Source: Geosiphon pyriformis uo1 (Eukaryota; Fungi; Glomeromycota). Taken from it: DNA of 64,000 nucleotides. Every line of letters begins with the position of its first letter. Position 1 is the stretch's first letter. Both the position numbers and the translations under genes were made by a program. The DNA lies in contig JAAOMT010000571.1 of NCBI GenBank assembly GCA_016748015.1, positions 1,181,095 through 1,245,094 on the forward strand, given 5' to 3'. Below are positions 1-13,399 of the stretch, piece by piece. The notes under the pieces are model-generated. The model saw only the letters and a list, made by a program, of their open reading frames with translations. It had not been told where the DNA came from and ran no database searches.

Positions 1-3000
1 TCTACACAAACTCTTCTGTCTCTTAATTTTACATAAAAGGAGATCATAGAAGATTCTCCACAGCAAAGGAGAGAACACCTCATCTTGGTCAAGACTATTA
101 TGTACTCAGTACTTATAGTCAGGCCAAAATTAGTCATAACATGATTGACACAATCATTGTGAATACTTCTAAAAAATCTGATGAAACAATCACACATCTT
201 AATCCAAACCAAACTATTCTGTAAATGATGCCAATCTACAGAGTCATAAGTTTTCTGCATATTTTGTAAAACAAGCCAAAGCTTACAATTTTTTTCTAAA
301 GCATCTTTAACAACCAAACTGATGGCAAAAATAGGAGACTGAGTAGAAGTGCCTTTAAGCATGAAAAAATTGTCACCACGAAAAACATTAAACACACTGT
401 ATGCTAACAAAATCCTATCAGAAAGTAATTTAGAGAGAACCTTATGAGCAGTTTTAATCAAAACAATCGGTCTAGTATTGGTCAGAACACCCTTCTACTT
501 ATAAAGCTTAGGAATTATAGACACCCAAGCTTCCTTCCAGCATTGGGGAACAGATTCACAAACCAAACAAAAATTCAAGAGATCCAATAGTATACCAAGC
601 ACAGAACCATCACAATGTTTCTAAAGTTCATTTGTAATATCAGACAAACTAGCTGCTTTGCCATCTGGCAAATTTTTGACCATGTGTACCAAATTTTCAT
701 AGCTAATAGAGTCCATTATTCCAGAAAAAACATTATTGTTAACATAATCCAATGGCAGATATTGACACTGCCATGAATCAGAAATGTTATATGGCACTAC
801 CTTCTTCTTTGTCCAATTTTCTATAATCTTGTTAACATTATTTTTAACATCAACTGGATCTACAATTAAACTACCATCAAAAACCAGGTGGTCTAGCACT
901 ACCTTCTAAAAAGGACGTTCTAAAACACTATAGATCATGTAGTCTTTGTTGACTATAAAACTTTTCATCCATTTTTCAATAGCAAATCTAATGTCTAACT
1001 TCTCAGCATGTAAAAACTCAGCCAGTTTGGATGCACAATAAGATTTCCTTACACCAAACAGAGCAGAACATATACAATCAGAATTTGCATTAGAGCCAAC
1101 AAGAACTTGAATGACAGATGCCTTGTCAGTATTCAAAGAGTTTCAATGTCTCAAAAGAAAGAGAAATCTGTCAGACACCACTTCATGAAAAGTCTTAGCC
1201 AACTTCAAAACCAAAACTTCCAGTTTGTGAAACCTGAATAACTCTTTGGTGAACACCTTATCATAGCCCTTAAACCATTTTTTTTGAAAACACTATTAGC
1301 CAAAAGAGACACCACTTTGCGAACAGTGTCCTACATAGTGCCCAGATCTGAATATTTCTTAAATGTAGCAAACTCATCAGAGAACATAGCAGTATTGACC
1401 ACCATAGCATCCTTGAACTTATTCCATGTAACCTCATTAGCATTTTTAATGTCAAACTTCCAGTAATCTCTTTTTGTTTGTTTGCAAAAAGAGTTCAACT
1501 GCATATCCAAAAGTCCACTCAAATCCACAGACACAGAAACAGCATGATAATTAGTGTCAAAGTGCTTACCAACACCTAAAACATCACAGCACAGAATTGC
1601 ATTGACCAAATTCAAAGAAACAAAAACATAGTTAATTGTTTTAATGATATCTTTGAAATTTTCTCACATAGACATTTTGGCTACTGTGCTTCTAGCTAAG
1701 AAATTAACTAGATCCAAACTGAAACACTTTTTAAAACTTGCACTCTTGTGAGAACTATCTTTATTGAAGTCACTGCCAAGGATAACAAAAGTGAATTCAT
1801 TTGTAGCTTTGGTAATAAAAGAGTTAATAACATCAGCTTGGAAGAAACAAATTGTAGAAGAAGCACCAGTATAGAGCCCCAGAATTAAAACAGAAAGTTT
1901 ATTCTTAAAGAGCAACTTAATAGAGATAAGATAATCAGATACCTCAGAAACCTTACTTATATGTCTTGCCAAAGAATTGTTCATAACTATAGTAACACCT
2001 GAATCCAAGTATCCAGAGTTCAAACCTGAGATAAACACTTGAACACCATTAAATTTGTTAGCAATCCATGGGCGAATTTTTCTTTTCAGCTTTGTTTTTG
2101 TAAAAATTGAAACTAGATTGTTCATGTTTTTATGCCAATACACAATATTATCTTGTTTAGCCAGATTATTCATTCCTCTAACATTGCACATAGCAATTTT
2201 TCAAACTAAATCAATCATTGAGATGGAGGAGGGGCTGACAAACCCAAACTAGAACACAAAGAGTCTAATCTCGCCAAAACCAAAATGACTGAAACTTTCA
2301 AAGCCATTATTTTTGATTCCAAACCACTCATCTTAGTAGTAAGAACCTTTAAGCTGCTCAAACTTAGGTTAGAAGTAGCATTATTAATCACTGGAAAAGA
2401 AGAAAAAGAGGGCACTACCATATTATTCACAGCCATATTTGAACTCAAAGCTGAGTTTAAGGAAGCATTAACAACAAGAGAGAAGACATGAGATGGAGAC
2501 AACATTAGCACTAAATCTACAAAGCTCAATTTCCTCAAAATCTCAGAAACTTGGTCTGATAAAAGCTCCATAGAGCACTCCAAAGAGACCATGTAATCAG
2601 CCAAACCAGAATTACTAAAAAGGTTAAAGATCAACACCAAAAGTTTCATGCTTAAAAGCAAACCAGCACCAAAAGGAACTAATGAGGTCACATGAAAAGG
2701 AAAGCTACTTGCAATCTGAGCCCAGATTTTTCTACCAAAAGACACTGGGCGGGCAACTGGAGCCTGTTTTTTTCTATAAATATTAGCTAAACAGACCTGA
2801 TCCTAAGAAGACACCACTCACTTATGATGAATTTCAAAATTTCTACCAACTGAACACACATCAGAAATATGACCAAATTGTTTACACTTGGCACAACAAG
2901 CCAAAGAAAAACCAGCCCAGCACAAATTCACACTCTTATATATTAGAACAGAACTAATAGCAGCCAATTTGGATATCTCACTATCAAAACAAACTATTGC

Positions 3001-3236
3001 ACATCTATTATGAACATATAAACCAGAATTATAGCCAATGAAGCAAGTTTTCTCATCATATGAATCCAACAAATCTGATAAATTATAAACAGTTATGTTC
3101 ATTGGCAAAGTGTACAACAATGTCCAATGACAATCTCTAATTATTCATAATTCTTTGTTATTCACAGCCAATGCAACACGAACAGAATTTTTATCTATAA
3201 GAACCAACCATTTGGAAGTAACTAATCTAGCCACAT
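1..3236 (-). mobile_element. LINE-1 copy (non-LTR retrotransposon), degenerate; 3' part of ORF1 plus ORF2 APE endonuclease and start of RT; runs off the left edge
   Basis: Fragmented ORFs: CCHC knuckle CAKCKQFGHISDVC (~2850-2900), APE motifs CNVRGMN/TKL/SDFN (1664-2191) and TNYHAV (1331-1615), RT N-terminal motifs (LPDGKAA..ITNEL, TRPIVLI, QDMRKAYDSV-like). Many stops and frameshifts. Confidence 0.92.
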
Positions 3237-4118
3237 TGTTACTTATAAAAAGAAAACAGATATAGAAAATAGTAGACCAATAAGTGAGTAGTAGTTAGCA
3301 TGTGAGCACATTGTTTAACAATGTAGAGCAATGTCAAAAATCATAACACATTGTTCAGCAATGTGGAGCAATGTCAGAAATCACAGCACATCACTCAGCA
3401 ATATGGAGCAATGTCAAGAAGATATGACACATTGCTCAGCAATGTGAGCATTGCTTGAGAAATTATAGCACATTGTTTAAGAATGTAAGTAATCTTATAG
3501 AACCCAAATTATGTATATATAGCAGTAATACTAGAAATAGAAAGAGATTGATTAGTTAGAAACCTTTCACATCACCAATATCAATAAATAATCATTCACT
3601 ATCTCAATCCACTCTTCACTATCAACACTTTATGTTGATAGTAATTGCTACTTAACTCCACTGGAACAATAGCTCTTGATCATGGCTATTGATGAATACT
3701 AACTTGCATATTGTCTTGGCTTATTTCTTTATTCCTCTTTTATTTTCTTTTTTTTCTTTTTTTTGATTTTATTGTTGTATACTAATTGATTAAGAATTAA
3801 AGTACTGAGTAATTGACGTCATGAACAGCCTGATAAAAGACCCAGAAATAAGGGTAGAATTATATATATTAACAGATAGCTTACCAGAAGGGCATGACTG
3901 CCAGAATAAACTGGCCACCAAGCTGAAGACAGAAATTAAGAAAACAACTCAACAACCAACTACATCACTGTTGAATCTCTGTCTATTATACAAAGAACTT
4001 TACAACAAAACCTTCAGATAAAACAACACCTTCAGATATCTCTAAGCATTTATATCAATTGAGCATCAAGTTATGGGTTTGTTATTTGCTTTGAGATCCC
4101 AAATAATCACCTGTAACA
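3237..4118 (+). repeat. 5' LTR of Gypsy A1 (882 bp)
   Basis: Direct repeat of 13400-14244; TG...CA ends; ~39-bp palindromic tandem repeats in U3; TATA-like ATGTATATATAG ~3511. Confidence 0.95.
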
Positions 4119-4120
4119 TT

Positions 4121-4137
4121 TGGTGCTCTCTGTGAGG
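4121..4137 (+). promoter_or_regulatory. Primer-binding site TGGTGCTCTCTGTGAGG, probably elongator tRNA-Met
   Basis: Starts with TGG 2 nt after the LTR. Its complement (CCTCACAGAGAGCACCA) resembles eukaryotic elongator tRNA-Met 3' ends. tRNA identity is inferred. Confidence 0.8.
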
Positions 4138-4181
4138 TATAATTCTACAGAGAACCAGCACCAACAATACCCATCCAAACA

Positions 4182-7100
4182 GTGGCAGAATCCGAAAAAA
4201 CAAGGACAAACCATTTAGGATTTGCAAAATCCTTATTTCAACACTACTGTCAGCATTTAGAATTAACCAACAATCACTTATCAGCAGAATCAGCTTTCAA
4301 TTTTTACATCAACGAGAGAATCTCATATTTGCTAAAAGTACCCATAAAAACCAATTCGGCTAGAGGAAACTTCTATAATAAATTAATCCTGAATATTAGC
4401 CTATCAGCAAACTATAATTTCACAGCAATTCTCACTGAAATCAATAAAGAAATTGAAATTCACACTCAACAAAGATATTCAATCACCTACACAAACAAAG
4501 GCAAAAAAAAACTACAAACACCAGTAGTAACACCTCAAAGAATACAACCATCCACTTGAAAGAAAACAAGAGTTAAATTACCAATTAATCTTTCATATCA
4601 TTATATATCTGGAAGTGCCATTAATATTACATCAGCAGGCGCAACCACATCAAATGTGATGTCAACCTTTGGACAATTTACATTTCAGAGTAAACAAAGA
4701 AAAAAAAATCTCCTAAGACCATATGACACATATTTCAAAGGATTTAAGTCACAATTGCCAATGCCATCAGGATTTTGATCTCCACTACCTCAACTAGATT
4801 TTGGAACTGCGAGTCCCTGAGAAGTAACAGAGTTGAAAGGAGAACAAGAAGAAGAGGAAAAAAAATCTGAAGATCAAGAATTTACTTATCAGAACCCAAT
4901 TACTGAAAACTCAGAAATTGAAACTCCAAATTTTCAAAATCCACCAAATCTGAACAATACAAACTCCGAAACAATTAAACAGCAAAACTTACCTCCAGTA
5001 ATCATTATCGATCAGCCACTTCAACAACCCCTCCAACAACTACATCAACCACCTCAACAACTACAGTAGCTGTTCCAACAGCCATAACAAATGGCATATG
5101 TACCAATTGCAAAAATCGAGAAATTCACCGGTAAAGAGAACAATACCCAAGTATGGCTGAATGATGTAGAAAAAGTCATTGCAGCTAATAAATGGAATAA
5201 CACCAGAGCCATGCAAGTCATCTCATATTTTTTTTAGAATACGGCTGACTTATAGTACCAAAGTTTGGTCAACAAACCTCAAAATTTCAATACATTCAAA
5301 ACTGAGTTCTTGAGATACTTCAGTAATAATAATAGCATTAATAGGCTGGCAAACATCTTCACCACCATTAAACAAGAAGAAACAAAAGCAGTTACCACTT
5401 ACTTAGGACATTTTCACAGGAATCTGTGTCAGATCCAAGTCATCGACGCCAATTATTTCACAGTGGCCCAGATCCTAAATCAGTTTATTTGCGGATTATG
5501 CAGTAGCATCTTACAATATATACGTCCAATATATCCTGTCAATTTACAAGCAGCCATTACCAATACCAGAGATTTTGAAGCCACTGAACTCGAAACTAAC
5601 CACGCCCAAGCTGTTAATCTAGTAATGAATGGATCATCTAAATTGGATTCCAAATTGAAACAATTTAGTAATTCAATTAATCAAAAGCTTAAAGTGTACT
5701 TAGCTGACAATCATGCAATTTATCAACCACTACAATAATGTAATAATTCCGGAAACACAAATTGTTTCCAGAATCAGTCATGTTTATTATCATTGACTAA
5801 TCAACAGTGGCAACAGAAAATGCGTGTTTGCTATTATTGTGGTAAACAAGGATACCTACAAATTGATTGCTGCCATTACTTAAATAACCAACAATCGGGA
5901 AATCAATATTGAAATCCTGATCACCAGTTTTAAATTCCAAATAACCTTTTAAACTCAGAACCATATCATCAGAATTACTTACCTATGACACAGCAACCAC
6001 TTTATCAACCACCAGTATATCAAACACCAATTTATCAGTCAACAACACCAGCAATTTATTAGCTGCAGTCACAATTTATTTATCAATTGCAGCCTTAGAT
6101 AATCTATCAGCCCCAACAAATTCAAATACCACCACAGAACTTACCTCAAAATGGAACCCAAAGGCCGAAATTAACCCAACAAAGCTAGAAATCATTGATG
6201 GTAGTCCACCAACTGATTCTCAGTTCTTCCACACAACCAGCAGAATCTTGACAATGGAATTCAGGCACTGAGTACACCCAAAACTTGAATTCCCAGAACT
6301 ATTTAAGTCTCCTGGTTATCCCAGAAGATGCGCCATTCAATAATCCGAAAACCAACCAAAAACAATCACTTACCAGTAACATTTTACTAGTTACTATCAC
6401 CAAAAACAAATCCTTAGACACCATCTTTCCATTTCAATTTGAAGAACCATCAACCACATTATTATTCAGTGGAGCTGTTCTTGACACCAAACCAATCACC
6501 GCCATGTATACTGACACAAAAGTTGATGGCCATGTCATCAAACTGATCTTAGATAGTAGATCAGCTGGCAGCATCATTACAAGACAACTCATAAACCAAT
6601 TAGGTTACTGAGTTGATCATGTTGCCAGTGCCAGGATCATAACTGCTGATGGAGCAACCAAGACTCCCATTGGTGAGATTGATGGCTTCTCTTTTGAAGT
6701 CAATGATATCATTATTCTCATTAAAGTCCTAGTGATGGAAGCAATTCAATATCAAGCATTAGTTAATAATGACTGGTTAGTCAAGACAAATGCTGTGCTC
6801 AACTGGAATATGCAAGAACTACAGCTCAGCCAGAACGGCCAACACACATATGTACCAGCCACATGTGACCATTTCAAGACCACCAACTCGACAACCCCAC
6901 TTATCGAATTTGAAGAAAAAAAGATGAAACCTATCTGGAAAGCCTACCAAGTTTCTTGGGCTGATTCTGAACACAATAAGCTGCTACCAGTACTTTCATA
7001 AAACAACAACAGCAAAAGAAAACAGAAAGAAGAACTTACTTGAAAAGCCGACCAAGCCTGGGAAATCAACAATAACCAAAAAGAATTAATAAACTGGGAA

Positions 7101-10100
7101 TAGGAGGAAAACAAAAAGAAAAAAGGAAAAGGAAAGGAAAAAGAACCAACACCCAACAGCAACCCCACTTATAATTCCTACTCTACACCCCAATGATCCA
7201 CTTATTACCGCCCAAAACTGGTATGCATTGATTGCAGTAAGAAATTGTCATCAATGGGTGCTTATTGTGGCAATGATGAAGAATACACTTCAGCAACAAA
7301 ATTCTACTGCCGCCTATGTGTTATTGAATGCTTTGGAAGGCCAAAACAGATTGGAAAATGGGACAATAAACTGTGCTTAGCTTGTGAAGAAACTTTTTTG
7401 GACAAAGAAATGTGCGACAAATCATGTCAATACACAATTTTCATAAGCAACTGGGTGAGAAAAGGAACGCTTATAGATGCTATCTAGAGATGAGCCATCA
7501 AATGTCTGGACAGATGTCTACATGATGATAATAAAATCTGGCAAATGGCACTTGCCAAAATCAAAGGAGCATCACCAGAAGAAATAAAAACAATTAAAGA
7601 TAACCCATCTGAATTCATAGAACTAGACTGGAACCCAGAACCAGTCATAAATCTCCTAAATCCAGAAGAATTTTATGAACACTATCAGGAAATAGCACTC
7701 ATTAGAAAGGAATAGGAGCAATGATTGGAAGAAATTAACACTTAACTATGTGACTATTGTTTAATTCTCTGTGACTTTCAATATTGTAATGAGTGTAATT
7801 TCATTTACAATTCACCACCATGCATGATCTACATGATTTTAGAGAAAGACAAACCAATGAGCAGCTGCACATCAAAATTGGAATCAATTTTTAATCCTGA
7901 TTCAAACTCTGACAATGATATTATCAAAGGTTTTTGGTCTCTTCTTAGCTCTTGTATGTTTGTTATAGTGCTGTTAATTCATGACTATGAGAAGTGTTTA
8001 AACCTCTGATAACTGAATTTTATCTTCAAATTATCTTCTATAATCTAAACTGCTGGGCTTATAAGTAGAATGGCCAATTCCATGCCAGTTGCTTCATGTA
8101 GTTATGTTGTAGTAAACGTCAACTCTTTTTCAGGAATTGCTCATCTGAAAGCTCACTAAAAATGTGTAGTTACTTTGCTGTGAAAGTCAACTTTTCTACA
8201 GGAATCTTGTCTGTAGGCTACCTTAATGATTTATAATAAGAAAATAAAGAAAGAAAATAAAAGAAATATAAAAGAAATAGAATTCTGTCAAGGGAAACGT
8301 TTTCTATCTAGGCCTGGAATCACTAACAGTTTACTGAAATTGGTAGCTAATCAATTTCAAAATGTTAGTTGGGTTTTGGGAATTTTCCAAGTGCAATAAT
8401 TAAAAAATTTGGTTTTTCAATTTATTTGATATTTATTTCTTTTTGTGTGTATAGGAATAATTCTAAGTGATAAATCTAAAATAAGATATATTTTTTTGAA
8501 GAAAAAAGCTCTTTTTTTATACAACTTGTTGTAATACTATTTCATGAACTTAAACTTTGCTCTTTTCTACAATTTCGCTGAACTAAAGATACATTTTGGC
8601 AAACTACAAGTTATTTTTGTAAACTATTAGATATTTTAGTGAACTATCAATTATTTTAGCAAATTTCTACAAATTTCAGCAAACTTTTGAATGTTACATA
8701 TTTCGGGATATTGCATGATTGATCATTGCAATTAGGTTATATTTGTGTTATGTACAAATTGGATTATTAATTAAATGATAATTTCGGACATTTTGCTAAT
8801 GTAATAAGTGATAATTTGAAATGATAATATATGCTAATTAATGATAGGAATTATAAAGATAATTTTATGCTAAATAATATCTCTAATTTTGTCTGGTAAC
8901 AATGATGATGAAAATAACAGTTCTAGCTCCATTCAAAACAACAATGATTTTAACCCAAATTTAAACTCTGATTCAAACTCCGAACAATATATTGTACTGC
9001 CTGACCTTACCAAGGAACAAAAACTAAAATGGTTCAGCAATAATAATAAAGATATCATGCCTGAACACATGCATAATACTGATGCAGAATTTGATCTAAA
9101 ATATCCAGAGAAAGATCTCATTAAATTGGAATCACATTCACGCACTTGCATTGATCTGAAAATAGCACTGGAAATTCCAGCAACAACTATGGTTCAATTA
9201 GCATCCAGGAATAGTTTAGCAAAAAGAGAAATCAACATCAGAGGAGAAATAATTGACACATGATACATAGAAAATATCATTGCTATGCTACAAAATGACT
9301 CAGAAAAAACATATACTATAGATCCAAATAAAAAAATAGCATAGGCAATATTTCTACCTCTGGTGAAAATAGTTCAGCTAATGTCAGTAGGAAACAGGAA
9401 GAATTAGGAATCACAGCTAGAGGGATATAGGGATTTGGATCAATGAATAGAATAAATATACTAGTTAATATAATGGAGGAAAAGGTTATTGACAAAGGAG
9501 AAATTATCTCAATCTGTTAAACAATTTCCATTCTATTATATGACCAGTATATGTTAGCCATAAAAAGAAAAGTAAAGAATCAAGCTCAGTTGTTTGAAGC
9601 AGAAGCCACTATTTGTGAATTAGGAGAGATTGGACTCATTAATCTCTACATATTAGCCAAGAGCCCCAAAAATATAAAAATCCCCATCTACAACACAACA
9701 GGAAATGTCATCAAAATACTAAAGGGAACCATCATTGGATATTTGACCACTGAAGTTGAGGAGCAACCACCGAACCAAATTCCAGACTTTCCACAGCTTT
9801 GTGGATATGTGGACATTACATTACAGACTATATACAGATGAAGTGAATGTTATCTGCTCCAACTAGAACAATTAGAACAGATAAATATAGGGAATCTAAA
9901 CCCACTCCAACAAATACAACTAAAGATGTTACTTAGCAATTTCAATGACATTTTTGCAAGCGAAAATGAATTTGGCCACACTAATATCATCCAGCATTAG
10001 ATCAAAACTGGAGATGTAATGCCAATTAAACAAAGAGCATACAGAATACAACCAGCCAGCCATGAGATCATTTATCAGAAAATCAATCGGATGCTTGACA

Positions 10101-11281
10101 ATGGGCTAATTCAGTCATCAATGAGTCTATAGTCATTACTAGTAGTACTAATCCAAAAGAAGAATGGAAAGGTCCAGTTCTGTGTGGACTATCAAAAACT
10201 AAATAGAATAACCAAAGGTAATAGCTATCCAACTTCAAAGATTCAAGAACTATTCGATGCCTTTGAAGGAAATAAATGGTTCTTAACATTAAATCTAGAC
10301 AGTGATTACTGGCAAGTAGTCATGGATCCAGCTGACAAAGAAAAGACAACATTTACAATAAGAGAAGGGAACTTTGAATTTGAAGTTATGCCATTTGGCT
10401 TGATGAATGCTCCAGCAACATTCCAACAACTTATGGAAATTGTCTATACTGGATTACTATGGAAATCAGTAGTTGTATACTTAGATGACACCAATGTGTT
10501 CTCAAAAACATTCGATGATCATTTACATCATCTTCAACAAGTGTTTGAAAGATTAAAAAGAGCCAGATTGAAACTAAATGCAACCAAATGTTTCTTTGAA
10601 AAGATTGAGCTCAAGTTTTTGGGACATGTGGTGAGCAAAAATGGAATCAAAACAGATTCAAACAAAATTGCGATTGTAAAAAACTTTCCAGTACCAAATA
10701 ATATCACAGAATTGAGAGCATTCTTGGGATTTGTTAAATATTACCACTGCTTTATCAAAGACTTTTCTAAAATAGCTCAACCACTACATTAGCTCCAAGC
10801 AAAGAACACCAAATATAAATGGACAAAAATGCAGCAAAAAGCTTTTGATACACTAAAAAGAAAGCTTATTTAAGCTCCAATACTGATCTATCTAGATCAT
10901 AGCAAGCCATTCATTATTACTACTGATGCATCAGGTCAAGCATTGAAAGCAGTACTATTACAAAAAGAACCAGATAGAAGAAAACATTCAGTAGCTTACG
11001 CCAGTAGAAGCTTAAGTCCAGCCAAAAAGAACTATGGAACACCAGTACTAGAACACTTAGCAATCTATTGAGCTGTCATCAAGTGGAGAGAATACTTAAG
11101 CCAAAAGTTTGATATATATACTAATCACAAAGAATTGACTTCAATTCAGAAACAAGAATTTGGAGACAATTGCCATGTCAAATAGAAAATAGAACTCTTA
11201 CTATTCAATTATACAGTACATTATAAAAAAGGAAAAGACAATAAAAATGCTAACAGTTTGTTACAAATGAGACAAATCTAA
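4182..11281 (+). pseudogene. Gypsy A1 gag-pol ORF1: Gag (CA, CCHC-like knuckle), aspartic protease, Cys-rich region, dUTPase, RT, RNase H; interrupted by a solo LTR
   Basis: TTIKQEET..VTTYLG (Gag), CYYCGKQGYLQIDC, LILDSRSAGSII (PR), DAEFDLKYP/LASRNSLA/GFGS (dUTPase), MPFGLMNAPATFQ/YLDD (RT), TTDASG (RH). Ends at ...MRQI* (TAA 11279-11281). Confidence 0.92.
7919..8901 (-). mobile_element. Solo LTR of Gypsy family B inserted in A1 pol
   Basis: Homologous to LTRs 39335-40294 and 58396-59354; ends TATTAT(degenerate)...GGTAACA; TSD ATGA (7915-7918 / 8902-8905). Removal restores SDNDDENNSSSS. Confidence 0.92.
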
Positions 11282-11311
11282 AAACATTTCAACCCAAAAA
11301 TATAACAAAAG

Positions 11312-12694
11312 ATGAATATACAAAAATACCAACAACTCTAACATTATTTAAATACCCAACTGTTCAAGAAAAAATTATCTCAAAAAAAACAAAAGAACAT
11401 AAAACAACAATCAAAATATTTTATCAACTATCAAAACATACTTTACTGGAAGAACAGAAGAAATTCAGATCAACCAACCAGAGTAATTACAGAACCAGAG
11501 AAAGAGACAATATTATTTAACATGCACTCAGATTTAACAGCAGAACATTTTCATAAAGAAGCAACCATAAAAAGAACTAGAAAAAGATACTATTGGCCAT
11601 CAATGTATCCAAATATCATTTAATATGTCCAAAATTGTAATGCTTACCAGAAGAAAGGAGAAACAAGACCCAGGGAACCATTGAGACCAATCAAAGTGGG
11701 ACAACCATTTGATTGCATTGGAATTGACTTAGTAGAGCCATTAACAATCACCAGCAGAGGCAACAGATATATCACAGTAGTTATGGACTATCTCACTAAA
11801 TGGCCAGAAGCAAAAGTCATTCAAAGAGCAGATGCAGAATCCATTGCCAAATTTGTTCATCAAGATTTGATTTGTTAACATGGATGTTCAAAAAAACTAT
11901 TATCAGATCAAGGAACTTATTTTGTAAACAGAACATTGACAGAATTAAGTCAAAAATTTGGGATAAAAAGACTATTATCATCATCATACCATCCACAAAC
12001 CAATGGATTAGTAGAAAGATTCAATAGAACACTGTGTAAAGCAATTGCTAAGATCAGTCAGAAAAACCAAAACAAATAGAATTTGGTTATACCATCAGTA
12101 CTATTTGCTTATTGGACAATAAAACAAGACACTACATAAGCAATACCATTTGAATTAGTATATGGTAGAATAGCAATATTACCAGTTGAAATAGAAGTCA
12201 ATACATATCCAACTGAACCAATAACAGAAGCCAATTTTCAAGAAACATTGTTAAGAAGAACATATGACTTAATAGAAACACTAGAAAATAGATGACGGAA
12301 AGCAGCTGATAACATTCAAAAGTCACAAAAGAAACAAAAAGAAAGACATGATAACTAACTACCAGATAAACCAATTGAATTCAAGATTGAAGACAAAGTA
12401 TTTTTACATTATACCAAAGCGGAAAAACAATGGAATGGAAAATTTGACCCCAAATGAGACAGATCATTTTACATAGAAGAAATTCTTGGAAATGGAGCTT
12501 ATAAATTAAGATGGAACAACAAAATCTTAGTCAAAGCAGCACATGGTGATCGACTAAAACAATATCACCAGACAGTATCATCATCCACCAATAACATTCC
12601 ACAACTAAAAGTACAAAGAATACTAGTCCAACCAGATGAGATTTCATGAGATCTGAAACCAATCATAGTTATTAAACTGAACACATCAAATTAA
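11312..12694 (+). pseudogene. Gypsy A1 integrase (separate ORF: H2C2 zinc finger, DDE core, GPF/Y module)
   Basis: ATG at 11312; HSD..EHF..C..(C); IGIDLVEPL, DYLTKWPEA, SDQG, YHPQTNGLVERFN; KFDPK..F; stop 12692-12694. Confidence 0.9.
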
Positions 12695-12749
12695 ACAAAC
12701 AAAAGAATATATAAAGACACAATACATGTGACAAAAGCAACCAAGAAAA

Positions 12750-13385
12750 ATAAAAATACCAAATTATATTCACACTATAGTTCAACAACTGTTCTAAGTC
12801 TTAAGTCAACAACCATTAGACATAGAAATTATTATTAACAACTAAACAATTTGCTATCAAAACACCAAAAGAAAGACAAAGAGCACACCATATTAGCGGT
12901 CACCAAAGAACAAAAAAAACTGAACAGATAACTTAATAGAAAAAGTAAAAAACACTTTTGGAAAAATACTTGTTATGACACCAACAGAAGAACTTACAAA
13001 GAAGAATTGGAAGCGATGGACAGAACAACTTCCAATATTATACTGCTACTACCAGTTAGGTCGAAAATTGAATATTCAGGAGTTGTATATCAACAAATCC
13101 AAGAGAATATTCAACCAAGACATAATACAACAAATTAAAGAATTCATCGGAAAGAAAATGAATTCAACACTACATGTTAAAACAATGTACCAACTACACA
13201 GCATATTTCAAAACTATCCAGAAATACTGTTACACTCTAACATGGAAACCATAACCATTAACCAATAGGGAAGAATGAACAATACACAAGTAGAAGATAT
13301 GAAGAACAGAGTCGAACAAACAATACTTGAAAAAAAAGTATTAGAATTAATTCAGAATGAAGATTTTGATGGAGCTCAATATTAA
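12750..13385 (+). pseudogene. Gypsy A1 ORF3 (unknown ~211-codon accessory protein in env position)
   Basis: Colinear with A2 ORF3 (53850-54479); start degraded to ATA; ends ...DGAQY* adjacent to the PPT. Confidence 0.7.
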
Positions 13386-13399
13386 AAAGGAAGAGATAA

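Noticed and set aside
3300-3500. Palindromic repeats resembling a CRISPR array (also 45245-45410 and 18728-19165)
   Set aside because: Head-to-tail tandem units without unique spacers, no cas genes, eukaryotic context; the first two lie inside LTR U3.
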